Part shown: positions 25,870-38,703 of the stretch, one piece after another
Layout of the letters: every line of letters begins with the position of its first letter
Position numbering within the stretch: the stretch's first letter is position 1
From: Camelus dromedarius
Lineage: Eukaryota
Direction: 5' to 3'
DNA: 64,000 nucleotides
NCBI RefSeq assembly: GCF_036321535.1
Contig: NC_087437.1
Location: 70,558,001-70,622,000 of the forward strand
Notes under the pieces: model-generated
Told to the model about the DNA's origin: nothing
Database searches by the model: none
Seen by the model: only the letters and a program-made list of their open reading frames with translations
Made by a program: the position numbers and the translations under genes

Positions 25870-26325
25870 AATCATCCCAAATGACCATCGCCAAATGAAT
25901 GGATAAATAAAAATGCAGTGTATATGTACAATGGATTACTAGTCAACCTTAAAAAGGAGTGAAATTCTGACACATGCTACAATATGGATGAGCCTTTAAG
26001 ACAGTATGATAACTAAAATAAGCCAAACACAAAAAAAAACAAACATTGTCAGATTCCATTTGTATGAGGTACCTCGAATAGTCAAACTCACAGAGACAGA
26101 AAGTAGAATAGAGGTTACCAGGGGCTGGGAGAAGGGAAGACTGGGGAGGTATTGTTTAATGGGTTCAGAATTTTGTTTTGGTAAGATTAAGAAGTTCTAG
26201 AGATGGATGGTGGTGATAGTTGTAAAATGATATTAATGTACTTAATGCTACTGAACTATACACCTAAGAATGGGTAAAATGGTAAATTTTATGTTATGAA
26301 TATTTTACCACAGTTGAAAAAGAAA
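25870..26325 (+). mobile_element. L1MB-type 3' end
   Basis: gaatggataaa...gaaattctgacacatgctaca...gtcaaactcacagagacagaaagtagaatagaggttaccaggggctggg...gttctagagatggatggtggtgatagttg...tattttaccaca. Confidence 0.9.
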
Positions 26326-26784
26326 TGTACATTTGAAAACTTTTAAGAAATATCAGTGAAAATGGATTGCAGCTACAGGGTTAGAAGGCACAACTGAATT
26401 GAGTAGTCTATGCAGAGAATCATTAGGGCTTTATGAAATATAATCATTTATTAGTTTAAGTAATAGTCTTTGCTTTTGAGGCCTGTCATACTTACAAAAT
26501 TCAAGATATTAGTCTCGATTCATTAGCAGTAATGTCTGTAATAAAACATAGAGACCAAGTTTTAAAAAAACAGGATTATTATTAAGTGCTTATAGCTATA
26601 TTAGAATTCTCATTTCCGTCAACTGATAGCAGAGGCAGAACTGAAGATTTCTTTTTCACCAACAGTGCTTTCTTCTACCAAATTATCATCTTGGTAGGAG
26701 AAGCCATGGCTTTGTATGAGTCCATATTTTTTAATAATTCAATATGTGAGCCAGTTTTTTTTTATTTTCCTGAAAATGTTGAAC

Positions 26785-27462
26785 ATTTTTATTGACTTAC
26801 AAATTTCTTGGCTTATAGTTCTATGATTTTTAACACATGTATAGATTTTTATAGCGGCCACCATCACTATCAAGATACAGAGCCATTCCATCACCCCAAA
26901 GAACTCCTTTATGCTTCCCCCAACCACCCACCCCTGGCAACCATGATCTCTTCTTTATCACTATGTCTTTCTGAGAACTGTCATGTAAATGGAACCATAT
27001 GGTATGTAACCTTTTGAGGCTGGATTCTTTCACTCAGCATAATGTATTTACAACTCAACCATGTTGTTGCAGGTGTCAGTGGTTTGTTTCTTTTTATTGC
27101 TGGGTAGTATTCCTTTGTATGGATGTACCACAGACCGTTTATCCATTCACTCGTTAAAATACATTTCACTTTTTTCCAGTTTGGGGCAATTATGAATAAA
27201 ACTGTCATAAACGTTTGTGTACAGGATTTTGTGTGAATACAGGTTTTCACTCTCTAGGGTAACTATCCAGGAGTTGTATTGCTAGATCAGATGTAATATG
27301 GATGTTTAATTTTGTAAGAAACTGCCAAACAGTTTTGCTAAATAGCTGTGTCATTTTGTATTCCCACTAGAAATGTATGAGTTCCCATTGCTCCACATCC
27401 TTGGCAACTCTTGGTATTATCATTATTTTTTATTTTTGTCATTGTAATAGATGTGTAGTAGA
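26785..27462 (-). mobile_element. L1MC/L1MD-type ORF2 end and 3' UTR
   Basis: ORF 26981-27250(-) MKTCIHTKSCTQTFMTVLFIIAPNWKK...EWINGLWYIHTKEYYPAIKRN is an L1 ORF2 C-terminus. Confidence 0.9.
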
Positions 27463-28379
27463 AACATTTTTTATTTTAACTACAGTTTTTTAAAGCTATA
27501 GATGATAATGTGATTCTGGGTTCATAGTCTTTCCTGACTCCTATTTTTAGAGATATTCTATTGCTATGTACATTTTTCCACAGGAAAAAGAAATATGGTC
27601 TCTTATTTTTATCTTTCTGATACTGTTACTTTTACCCTGCTTTTTCCAGAATGGCTGTTTTTCCCTATGATAGTGCATTAATTTAATTTTTCAGAAATTA
27701 TTTTTGAAGGTCTAAAAAAATCACCTGTCTATATCTTAATTCTAATGTAGATTAAAATAGTGCATGTACCTATATTAATACTAAATATCAGGTATAAGAA
27801 AATTAATGTACTAATTCAATACATGTTTGTTGAACATTTGCTGTATCTCAACCAGTTAGGTAAAGGATACATGATACAATAGAAAAGGGCAATCTGAAAA
27901 ATAGCAAATTATTCTTCTGTTTGTATTACTAATGTTAAGGCAGATTACATTGAGAATGTGGTTGCTGAAAAAAAGTTCTTTAAGATCAGCACATCAGGTT
28001 TGCATGGGTCTTGGTCCCTACTTTAAAATAACATTTTGGAAAAATAAAAACAAATTTATGTCAATGAACACACTTTTTTTTAAGAGAAAAGAGCCCTGTC
28101 TTGAAGTTAAGGGACCTGCATCATGGCCCCACTTCTGCCATTTTGCAGTTTCCAGCAAGTCACATCACCTCTCCAAATTCATTTCATTGTCCATAAAATT
28201 AGAAAGTTGGTCTAGAAGATCTCTAAAATTCCTTCCAGTTTAAAAAATAAAAATTGACACTGTGTCTTTCCAGGATTTACATCTAGCACCGATGATGGCA
28301 GGAAAGACAACACTTTTATTATCCTTAACAAAGAAGGACTTTACATGACATTATAACATAATTAACTAACTTGTTTACT

Positions 28380-28850
28380 GTCCCCCATTGCTGCAGGACT
28401 TTGTCTGTACCCTGATATAGAGGCCTACTCTCATTTTACTCAACCTTTCTGAAGTATTTCAACATGTGATCTAATCCCTTTTTTTGGTAAGAATGTCACC
28501 CCTTGACCATTATGACTTCACACTCCTCACACTGTTGATTGTCCTTCTACCTTATTGACTTGTCATTCTCCTTTGTTAGATCCTCCTTCTCTGCTCCCTT
28601 ATACACCCTAGAAGAGCTCATCCAATCCAGTAACTTTAAATACTAATTATATGCCTATGACATATGCCCAGTAACTTTAAATACTAGTTATATGCCCAGA
28701 TTTTAATCTCAAGTCTGACCTTAATCTATCACCTGATCTCTACACTTATAAATGCAACCATTTACTTGCTATCTCCATTGGCTGCCCAGTAGGCATCTTA
28801 AATTTAGTAAGACATCTTGATTCCCCACCCCATCTCTGTGAACAGCATCA
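28380..28850 (+). mobile_element. L2 internal fragment
   Basis: gagctcatccaatcc...gcccagattttaatctc...tacttgctatctccattggctgcccagtaggcatcttaaatttag. Confidence 0.6.
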
Positions 28851-29669
28851 TCCTGCTGGAAGAGGCCTGCTCCAGTTATGCTGTATCTCATCTTTGTTTA
28901 CTTGTTCTTTTGTCTTTGGCAATACGGTTTCCTCAGAAACTTAGTTGGCTTCTGGTCCATTTGTTTCCAGTCATTTCCATATGTGAGTAACCACAGCAAC
29001 ATTCTCAACTAGCTAGTTCTTAAACATGAAAACTGTGTTTATTTTTTAGCTGCCTCCCCGCCCCGCTATACTCATCTCCATTTTTTCCAATTTAATAGTG
29101 GTTATATGGAGCCATTGGAAAAGACAGGATGGGAAACCACATCCTTGTACTCTTGTTCTGAGTAGGTTGTCATTGTCTGTCTGACAGATAGTACTTAAAA
29201 GGAGATGCTTATCTCCAGTTAAGTCTGCCACTCTGCTTCAGTTTTGGGTAGAGAAGAAGTTAGCGTCGTGTTAAGCCTTTCTAATGTTAGCTTTTTGCAA
29301 GGATTGCTCTTCGTTGCCTAGTCCCAAGCCTTCTAGAAACCATTTGGTATATCCCCTACAGCTGGATGGGTCTTTTTCCTGTCTTCTCTTCCTTGAAATG
29401 ATTTATTCTGAATGTGGGTGATGGGCCATTCTCCGACTCAGAAGCTTTCAATGACTCCTCATGGCTCGTAGGGGTGTAATCCAACCAAAATGTGACAACT
29501 AAGGTCCTTCTGAATTGGACCATCAGAATTTCTATATGTAATAAAGTTTATGTATTAAAATGTGTTCATGCATTTAAAGGGCATGCACCACTAACCAGAA
29601 TGTCAGGTTAATTATTTTATTAACAAAATTGCTTGGTGTTTTTAATGTTTACACAATTTGTCTTCAAAA

Positions 29670-30130
29670 AAGTTTTTAAAATTCAGCAATCTATTTCTAG
29701 TAATCTTTACATAGAAATACTTACACATATGTTACAACAATTTTCACTGCAGCTTTATTCTAAGTAGCAAAAATTTCAAAGCATACTAGATTTCCATCAA
29801 AAGATAAATGGTTTAATATGTTATTACATTAGACTATATCTAGCTTTTACAAAGCATAAAATAGATCCACAAATATAGCTCTGAAAAGATTTACATAATA
29901 TATGTTAACTTTAAAGTACAAAGTTGTAGGTCAATATAGGTAATTCTCTTACCTTACATGGATACAGAGTGAAGTATAACTGTTAACAAAGAATGGGAAG
30001 AATAGTCTCCAAACCGGTTATCTTAGCAGGTGACTGAGAAAGATTGTAAGGACAGAGAGAGGTTCTTTCACTTCTTGTTAAAATTTATTTTTAAGTGATG
30101 GGATTGTTTGTAATATTTTTAAACTTTATT
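29670..30130 (+). mobile_element. Old L1ME-type fragment
   Basis: cagcaatctatttctagtaatc...ttcactgcagctttattctaagtagcaaaaa...ccatcaaaagataaatggttt. Confidence 0.55.
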
Positions 30131-31381
30131 TTGTGTTTGTCTGTTGAGGGGATGTAGCAGTTTTGGGCAGTTTTCAAATAAAAAAAAATTAAGTTGAAAA
30201 AATCCTGTCAAAATTTAAAATATTGCCTTGGAATAACCACTAGGAACTATGTATAAAATAACATTAATTAATTTGTTGATTTGCTTTTACCTGGGAAAAC
30301 AAAACATAGTATTTTGGAAAAACAAAACAGTATTTTGGGAAAACATAAAATAGAAAGTAAGGCTTTTTGAAGACTTAACAATTTTGCTAGGGCCAACATT
30401 ATTTAGGACCATCAAAGAATTTGCATAATAACACTATTTTGTAGATCTTTAACTGCATCAGGGAACAGATACCATAAGTTTCTTCTGTAAGTTTCTATAA
30501 GGTCATCCAACATTGTTAATTTTCTATTACTTTGGCTATTACAGTAGTGTCTGGTTGTACCTTAACTAATTGGTGGATCATAGGATACTTGATCTCAAAT
30601 ATCATAGATTAACTTTTTAACTTTTTTTGAAAATGGACATTTGAATTTAAATAAATGTGTGACTATAAGTTCTTGATATTTTTGCTCTAAGTAAGAGCAA
30701 GAAAACTCTACTTTTGCACGTGTAGAAAAGATTCTATGTATGCTGGAAGCCATGTTTTTACAACCTCCCATAAAAACTGTCAGAGAATCTAGAAGTTTCC
30801 TGAGAAATTCCCATGACTAAACATAGGAGTTTCAATAATAATAAAACAACAAAAATATAATAATAATAAAGCAACATTAAAGTCAGTTTGCAAACCAGTG
30901 CCACTTTATGTGAAGTATGAATTTACACTATTAGTTTAAGATACCAAATATTATTACAGAAACACAGAATTAAATCATATAGAGATTTCCCCTCAGTAGG
31001 CATGAGGTAAGGCTACATTGATGTCTCCCTGCCCCTAACATACCACTCAGATGCTTTTTCAACAGAAAGCTTGTTCTTCTGTGATGACACTCAAAGGGGC
31101 CTGTGGAAATGCAATAAAATCTAAATTGTCCTAAGAAAATTAAGAAAACAGTAATCTGCAAGGCACATATAAATATTTGATGCTATAGTTACATTTGTCT
31201 ATTCATTTAATTACTAGAATATATAGAGAGTGTAAGGTTTTTAGATTATACTTTTTATCTAACTGTACTGAAGGCATTGAAAAATCAAAATTATTATGTT
31301 TGTAAAGTAAGATAGTGCCATAAAATCTTAAAGTTGGAAGAGTTCTCAGAAATCATCTAGTACGGTGACTGTTTTCTAGAT

Positions 31382-31839
31382 AAGGGGCTGGTAAACCATG
31401 GCCCCATGAGTCAAATCCAGTTTGCTGTTTGTTTTTGTATGGCCTATGAGGTAAGCATGGTTTTTATAGATGAACATTTGTAATTGATTTCATGATAAGG
31501 ACACTGGCTTTGAACCCTAGCTAAGCAAAATGTTATGCTCTAAAAAAGAACTATCTTCCTGTCATTGGGAGACCTGTACTGGGAAAAAAAATAGACTTAA
31601 TTATTATTATATTTTAAATTTTGTTAATAAAATAATAATGTGATTTATTTTAAATAATTTTATTTAAAATTAAATATTTTTAATTAAATTGTTTTATTAA
31701 AATATATAATGTGATTCACTTTCTCTCTTGTTATGTAAGTACCTACCTAATGTAGCATTCCTGATATTGCCTCTTGACCCATGAAGCCTTACATTTTTAT
31801 GATCTGGCTCTTTATAAAAAAAAAGTTTGCTGACCCCTG
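31382..31839 (+). mobile_element. MER58-like hAT-Charlie MITE nested in a MIR
   Basis: TIRs aaggggctggtaaac / gtttgctgacccctg. 8-bp TSD ttctagat (31374-31381) / tcctagac (31840-31847), 6/8 match, fits the NTCTAGAN preference of this family. Confidence 0.85.
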
Positions 31840-31934
31840 TCCTAGACGAAGGACCTGAAATTCAGAAAAGCTGAATGATATTCCCAAGGTATTGGTTAGA
31901 TCCGTTTCATCTCTTTCGGTCAGAATATTGTAAT

Positions 31935-32145
31935 ATTGGGTGGGCTCTGGAGCGTCTGGTTTGAATCCTAACTCCACCTTTTACTAAGTCTGTTGACCTT
32001 ACTTCACTTCTCTTTGTTTCAGTTTCTTTATTTGTCATGTAGTGCTGTTGTGAGCATTAAATAAGTCACTGTGATTGAAATGATTACAACGCTGCCTTGC
32101 ACATGGTTAGTGCTCTAATAACTGTTACTTATTGTTATAATTACT
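31935..32145 (+). mobile_element. MIR SINE
   Basis: ggctctggag...ggtttgaatcctaactccacc...tcagtttctttatttgt...gttgtgagcattaaataag. Confidence 0.75.
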
Positions 32146-33559
32146 GTCAGTGTATTCAATTAGTAGGATATCCTAAAGAGAAGGAATTAATTCACATCCT
32201 ATTCCTCCTTTTCTTATAATAGGAGTGAGGGTATCTTATCTCAGATCTGGGGAAGAATTGACATTTATTCACATTCTCATTTTTGCAGCATGATTTGTTC
32301 ATCCTTCTTTACAATAGTTCCACGAGTTAATGAAAAAAAAATGTACTTCTAAAATACAAACATACATGCATAATTTATAGTATTGATAGAAAAACTTAAA
32401 CACAGAACACTTAAATGACAGCCACACCTGCCCTGAGTCCAACAGATGAGAATGAGACCCTTTTGTTCTCTCATCCTGTGTGTCCTGAGGACAGTTTCAC
32501 CATTTTTAAGGCTACTTGAACTGATCATATTCTTTCAATGATAGAGCAGAGAGTCAGCTGCTGTTTGTTTTTTTTAAAATAATCATACTTAATTGTATTC
32601 TGTGCGATGGCAAAGTGTTGTATTTCTGTTCATTCTTTTCTAAGCTATTCACATAAAACATTATTTGCCCAGTTTATTGATGCTCTTCATCTGCTGCTTA
32701 GACTACAAAGCCATGATGCTGAACTAGATGAAATCCAGTGAGATAAATGCCCAATGTATTGGATCATTTAGTATTTTACCCTGTTAGTCCTCTAGACTGT
32801 AGAGCTCTAGTTAACTATACTTCTCATGCAAAGAAAAGAAAAAAGAATACAGCTTTATTCTTCCCTGAGAGTTGAAATGAAGGAGGGCAGCATGTTTTCT
32901 GCTTTAATAAATCTAGAATTTTGGCTTCTAAGACAGAGCCACTGTGAGGTTGACAATTTGGGGAGAAATATTTGTTATAGGGTATAGGTTATGGCTTGGA
33001 TTTGAGGAAGAAACACAACAAAAAGACCAACTCAAACCTTTACTTATTAAACTAAGAATTGGTGTTGCCTGTAATTGCTTCCTCTGTGTCTCCTATGTTA
33101 TGTTTGTTTAATTTACTGGTTCAAGCAAGATTTTACTTTTCTCAGGCCTGTAAATATAATCTCACAAAAGAAAACATTTTTTTTTCTGTTTCATACATCA
33201 TCATAGTCATCTTCCTGAGGTTACTGTCATTTATAATAAAAGACGTACCTTAACAGAAAAAGAAACCCTGAAGTAGGAAAAATGCTACCATGTTGAGTCT
33301 TAAAGAAATTAGGAAAATAAATTTATTTCTGCTTGATGTATCCATAATTAGATAGGTAGTTCAAAAGGCAAAATTTTGAATAACAAGCAGTGTGCATAAG
33401 ACCCACATGTGGCAATCTTCTCTGCAGATTTAAACAAGACCAAATCATAAGAAATTCAAGGTCAATAAAAACCACTAGCACTTAATATTTTTCCAAATAT
33501 AGTTCTGCCACATTTCTGGAATGAGTTAAAGCATAAATAGCTTACAAGTATGTATTCCC

Positions 33560-33765
33560 ATAACACCCACTTCTTCATCTAACATAGAATGCATCATGTT
33601 GTACTTATTAATTTAATTGTCCAAATCTATGTTTTGGGCAGAGCACCTATTCTGTCATGATCACCATGTTATCCAATGTACTCAGCACAGTTCAAAGTCT
33701 GATATAACAGTAGGTTCTCACATTAGGTTGAATGAATGAATGGATGAATGATTATTCATGAATGG
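33560..33765 (+). mobile_element. L2 3' end
   Basis: ctcagcacagt...cagtaggttctca...gttgaatgaatgaatggatgaatga tail. Confidence 0.65.
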
Positions 33766-35034
33766 ATGATATTTCTTAGGGACATTATTATTATTTCATT
33801 TACTAGACCGTTGCCATTAAAGGACATATGTATCAACTAATAGCCATGTACTGTATACTGATACTTGAGTACTATACAAATACAAAGGAATGCCTTTGAT
33901 GTTTATGTAATTCATTCACAGATATTTCCACTTATTTCTGCACATCAGTCAATTTCCAAATTAAAGATATAATGCTCTATTTTCACAGATTTAGATTAAG
34001 TGTTTGCATCAAGATTAAGCTCAAATATTACTCTCTCTATTAAAATTACCTTCGTTCCCTCAGCTATAAATACTCATTCTCTGATCTTCCATCGCACATT
34101 ATCTGTTGTGATAATTACTTACAGACTTTTACCATGGTTTATTAGTCTGATTACATTTGCTCCCCATTTGTGCTTAGTTCTTCTGCCTTGTAAAGTGCTA
34201 CAAAGTAGATTCTAAAATATTTGAAAGGCATTTTTTTTAAAAAAAAGAAAGTTATAGGGGAATAAGACTCACAAAACTTATACAAGTTTAAACTTCAGAA
34301 GTATTTTATTCTTACTGAGAGCATTTGTGCCCAGCACATAGATCAGACACTCATTGCCAGACCATAATGACCAGTGGCTTCTACCTCAGCAGTTCCCTCC
34401 ATTGGTCAGAGAGTCTTAGTTCTCCCTCTGGGACTGCTAACTACTACTGGAGTAGTAGTTGTTATTAATTAACTAGTTCTCATTCATTCAGTGAATATTT
34501 TATTGAGCAACTGTTGAACAAAATTGAATGGAACAATTTTTGTCTTCAAGTGGATCACTGTATAATCAGAGAACAAAATATGGAAAATGGTAATTACACA
34601 GTAGACAGTTTGTTACTTGGAGACATGTATCAGATACTGTGGGTCATACAGTGGGGCATTCGCACCTTCACTTTCCTCTGAGAGTGTTCTCTCATGTTCC
34701 CCATGACAACAGAAGATATACGCATCTTGCAAAGCCTCTCCTTCTCTTTCATTTTCTCCTTTACCTTTTAAGAGACACATCTCAGTTGCTTTAAGCCAGA
34801 ATCAAGTGCAGCCTTTTAGCTTATTCCTTTTAAAAGGATGATAATCCCTGTCTTGAAGACATCTAGGTAAACCAAACCGAGACTTTTCCTCATATTATTT
34901 CATTATTCATGCTAAGATAGAATATTGGTATGAATTAAATTAAGCAACAAATTGAAACACAGAGTACTTAAACAAGTCTCATTAATGAGAATACCTTTAC
35001 CCTTGAAAATGTTTAATAGGCTTGTACATATTAG

Positions 35035-35270
35035 TAGTAACGGCTCTTTATTGAGTAATGACTATGTGCCAGTCCCTGTTATAAGAGATTTATATGTAGA
35101 GTTCTATTATTATATCCTCACTACTGCTCTTTTAAATAGTGACTATTGTTATCTGATTTTACTGGCCTGAAATTGAGGCAGAGAGAGGAATAAAGTCGCC
35201 CAAAGTCAACTAGGTGGCAAAGCTAAGATTCAGTCCCAGGAAGTCTGATTCCAGAGCCTACACTTTCAAC
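35035..35270 (-). mobile_element. MIR SINE
   Basis: ttattgagtaatgactatgtgccag...aaattgaggcagagagagg...cccaggaagtctgattccagagcc. Confidence 0.75.
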
Positions 35271-38223
35271 AAGTATATATAGTTCTTAGTAGCAAGTATC
35301 CAAATTAAAATTTATCTTTCTATAACCATATAAAGTATTCACATTTTCTTTGTTTTTGAGAGGATAATCTTTATCCTAAAATAGATTTTAGCAGTGGTGT
35401 TTGTGTTTCCCTGCAATTTGCATGTATGTTGGGGAAGTGAGAGGTGATATGCAAAATGAATGAATGGACAGTTACCACATTAGAAATACAAAACATGTTT
35501 GTTTGTGATAAGTTATATGATTCCCTAGAGGTAAGTCTGTCTAAACTGTTTATATGTTAATAATCTAAGCAATTCTTTAAAAAAATGGGTGCTACCATCT
35601 TTGTAATATTTAAGCTTGTCTCCAGCAAAGACCTGGATGCATATTAGAGAACGCATCTCTGCTTAGTGCTCTACTCCAGTGAAAAGCTCTGCTCTTTTCT
35701 CTTTCCTCTCTTTCATCAACCTTCAGTTGTTAAGTCTTTTCTGTTTCTTTCTTCATGTAACAGCTGTTTTGTCTCAATGCAAATATTAAGGTAGGCTTTA
35801 TTAAAATACTCACATATTGTTTCTTCATCTGTAAAATGAGGGATTGGATTAGATCCCTCATTTTGGATTGGATAGGTCCCTATGGGAAGACTCTATGATC
35901 TATCTATATATTTGATGGAGATCCCATTTTATTAAGAAAAAATATGAGTAATCTGTAACCAAGACACATCATAATAGTCATGATGTAGAACATTTTTATC
36001 CAGAATTTAAAGTCTAGTTTTATTCATTACTGATTTTTAAAAATTCACTGCTTCAAAGAAAAATACATTAACTTTACACTTAATGTGTATTTAATTTGCC
36101 TGTGTAAAAGGGTCTGTATAAATCTACCCATTATAAAGATCTAAATGCATAATCAAAGGGTATTTATTGGAAACATATACTAAATAACTTACAGCCTGGG
36201 ACTTTGATTAATTCAATCCCAGAAACATGATGAGTAAAACACCAGAGACAAGTATTTGTTCATTTAAAAGGTACCTACATCTTATATATTCCCAAATGTC
36301 CTTGACTCTTGTGTTTTAAAGCTCCTTTCATCTCAACCATTTCCCCATCACAGCATATTATACTAAATTCATCCTCCTATATTTGTTATGGCTAAGTGTA
36401 TTTGTTATGAAACAGGGCAATTATTAGCTTTCTGGATCATAATTTGTACTAATTGAGTTAAGGTAATTTTGTATTAGGATTAAAAAACTATATATTTTAT
36501 GGCTTATCTCTTCAGCACGTGGCATTTTATTACAAAGCTTGCAAAGCCAAATGGACCAGTTCCCACTGATCCTGGCCACCCATTCTGTGCCTTGAGTTCT
36601 ATGTAAGCTAGTTACACCCTAAGAATTTACTAGGTGTCGTAGACCTAAGGGGAGCTAGTTAAAAGAAAAACATATTCCCTGCCCTGTAGGAACTCCTAAA
36701 AACAAGTGGGAGGGTGACAAATGGGAATGTTATCAGTTGCCTCCTATGTTGTTGGAAGGGTTAATAAATGAGTAAAGAGTAATTATAATTAAAGGATACT
36801 ATGAAAACCTGCACTATACTCAAAGCCAAGATAGGCATTCTGTTCTTCCAAAGACAAGGTGTACATAGTGTTAAAGCCAATAAAACAATAAGACATGGGA
36901 GTGTGAAGGTGGAGTTTGCATTGTTGCCCTCTACTCCAGATAGGGAAACTCTGAAGTCCTAAGAGCTTGAACTGCCTCAGGTCAGGATACAGCTGGTAGC
37001 AGTGGGAAGTGGAGAAGGAATGCAGGGAGATTCTCATTGTTCAAGCTCCCCAAATGTAGGTGCATGGGGACAGCTACCAGTTTCTTTAGCCTCCTTCTTT
37101 GAATGCCTTAGGATGTATTTCTTCAATGTAATAGTTGTGTTAATCATCAGTTTATCATTTGTTTATTTTGTTAAAAAAATAGAGTATTGTATTTTTCTGT
37201 TTTTAAACCTACTACCAAATAAATGCTTACTGGTAATTATATGAAAGTAGCAAAAAAAAAATGACCATCTTTTACATTAGAGTATTATCTTCAAAAAAAG
37301 AACTCAGTCTCTATTCACTTTTTAAAGGTACTTGAGAATAGAGTCAACATTTCTACTTGATTTTCTCAGTTCCTCTCATTTGCTGATTTATCTAGAATCT
37401 CTTTAGGCACTCTAGGACTTTATTTCTTCATCTGTATCAGTGGTCTGTGTTTACTAACCTCGTGTTGATTATGAAGTTCAATGGTTTGGTTGTTGAAAAG
37501 CTCTGTGGCTAAAAGAATCATGGGAGTTGAGGCGTCTTCCTTGTCCTTTTTAATGTTGCAGTTGCTATTGATTTTTAATGATGAACCAGGGAAAGTGATA
37601 AACTAAGCAGTTTGGTCACATAATAGTCATTTTCCTGTTGGACTTTTCCAGATTTAAGTTATTATTTTAATACATCTATTTGAAAATTCTTGGGTTTAGG
37701 TTCCAAATTATCTTTAAGTTAATATTTTAAAATTGTTTGTACTTTGAATAGCTAAAGAAAAGTTACCTCAAGTGCAGAAAGAAGAGCTTCACTTTCATAG
37801 CACAGTCCATATGTGCCAAAAATATTATATACAGGCCAGATCGATTCTTGCTGTAGCTCGTCATGTTATACTGATCATACAGGGGAAAAACTGACTGCTA
37901 ATACATTATATATAAACATTTATTTTAAAAGGAAAATGCAATAGATTTGCCCTACTTCATAAAATATGCAAATTAGTATTAGAAAATTGGAGAATTTACA
38001 TTTACAATCTGTAAAAGCTGTTAAATGACCTCATATATTCCATTTGCCATGTTTACTTTCATTCTCAACTTGCTTAGTTGACAAATCCCCTTAAGAACTA
38101 CAGTATCTCCATGAAGAATTTGGCCTTCAGTTCGGGCACCCTTTTTTCCACTCTTCCTTCAGCCCGAGACTTCGGTGATTTCAGGAATGTGCTGAACAAT
38201 GGGGTCTTGAAACAGTTACCATC

Positions 38224-38703
38224 TGTATTAGTTTCCTGTGGCTATGTAACACATTACTACAACCTTGGTGACTTAATATATCAGAAATTTCTTCTCTCAC
38301 AATTCTGGAGGCCAGAAGTCCAAAATCAGTAACAGAGGGCTGAGATCGAGGTGTTGGCAAGGCTTTGCTCCTTCTAGAGGATTTAGGAGAGAGTGTGTTT
38401 CCTTGTTTTTTCCAGCCTCTGGTCCCTGTCAGCATTTCTTGGCTTGTGGCTGCATCACTTCAATCTCTGCTTCCATGGTCAGTTGACTTGCTCTTCCTCC
38501 TGGGTGGGAAACCTCCTTCTTATAATGATACATCCGATTACATTTAGGGCCTATCTAGATAATCCAGGATAGTCTCCCCATCTTAAAATCCTTAACTTAA
38601 TTAAATCTTCAAAGTCATTTTTTCCATACAAGGTAACACACAGAGATTCTAGGGACTTGGATGTGCCTGTTATTTGGGGGAGGGCATCCTATAGCCCAGC
38701 ACA
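38224..38703 (-). mobile_element. MLT1 (MLT1D-like) solo LTR
   Basis: tgtattagtttcctgtggct...tctcacaattctggaggccagaagtccaaaatca...ttggcttgtggctgcatcact...gataatccaggatagtctccccatct. Confidence 0.9.

Noticed and set aside
34439..34460. Perfect 10-bp inverted repeat aactactact-gg-agtagtagtt
   Set aside because: Short and built from a trinucleotide repeat; plausible by chance.
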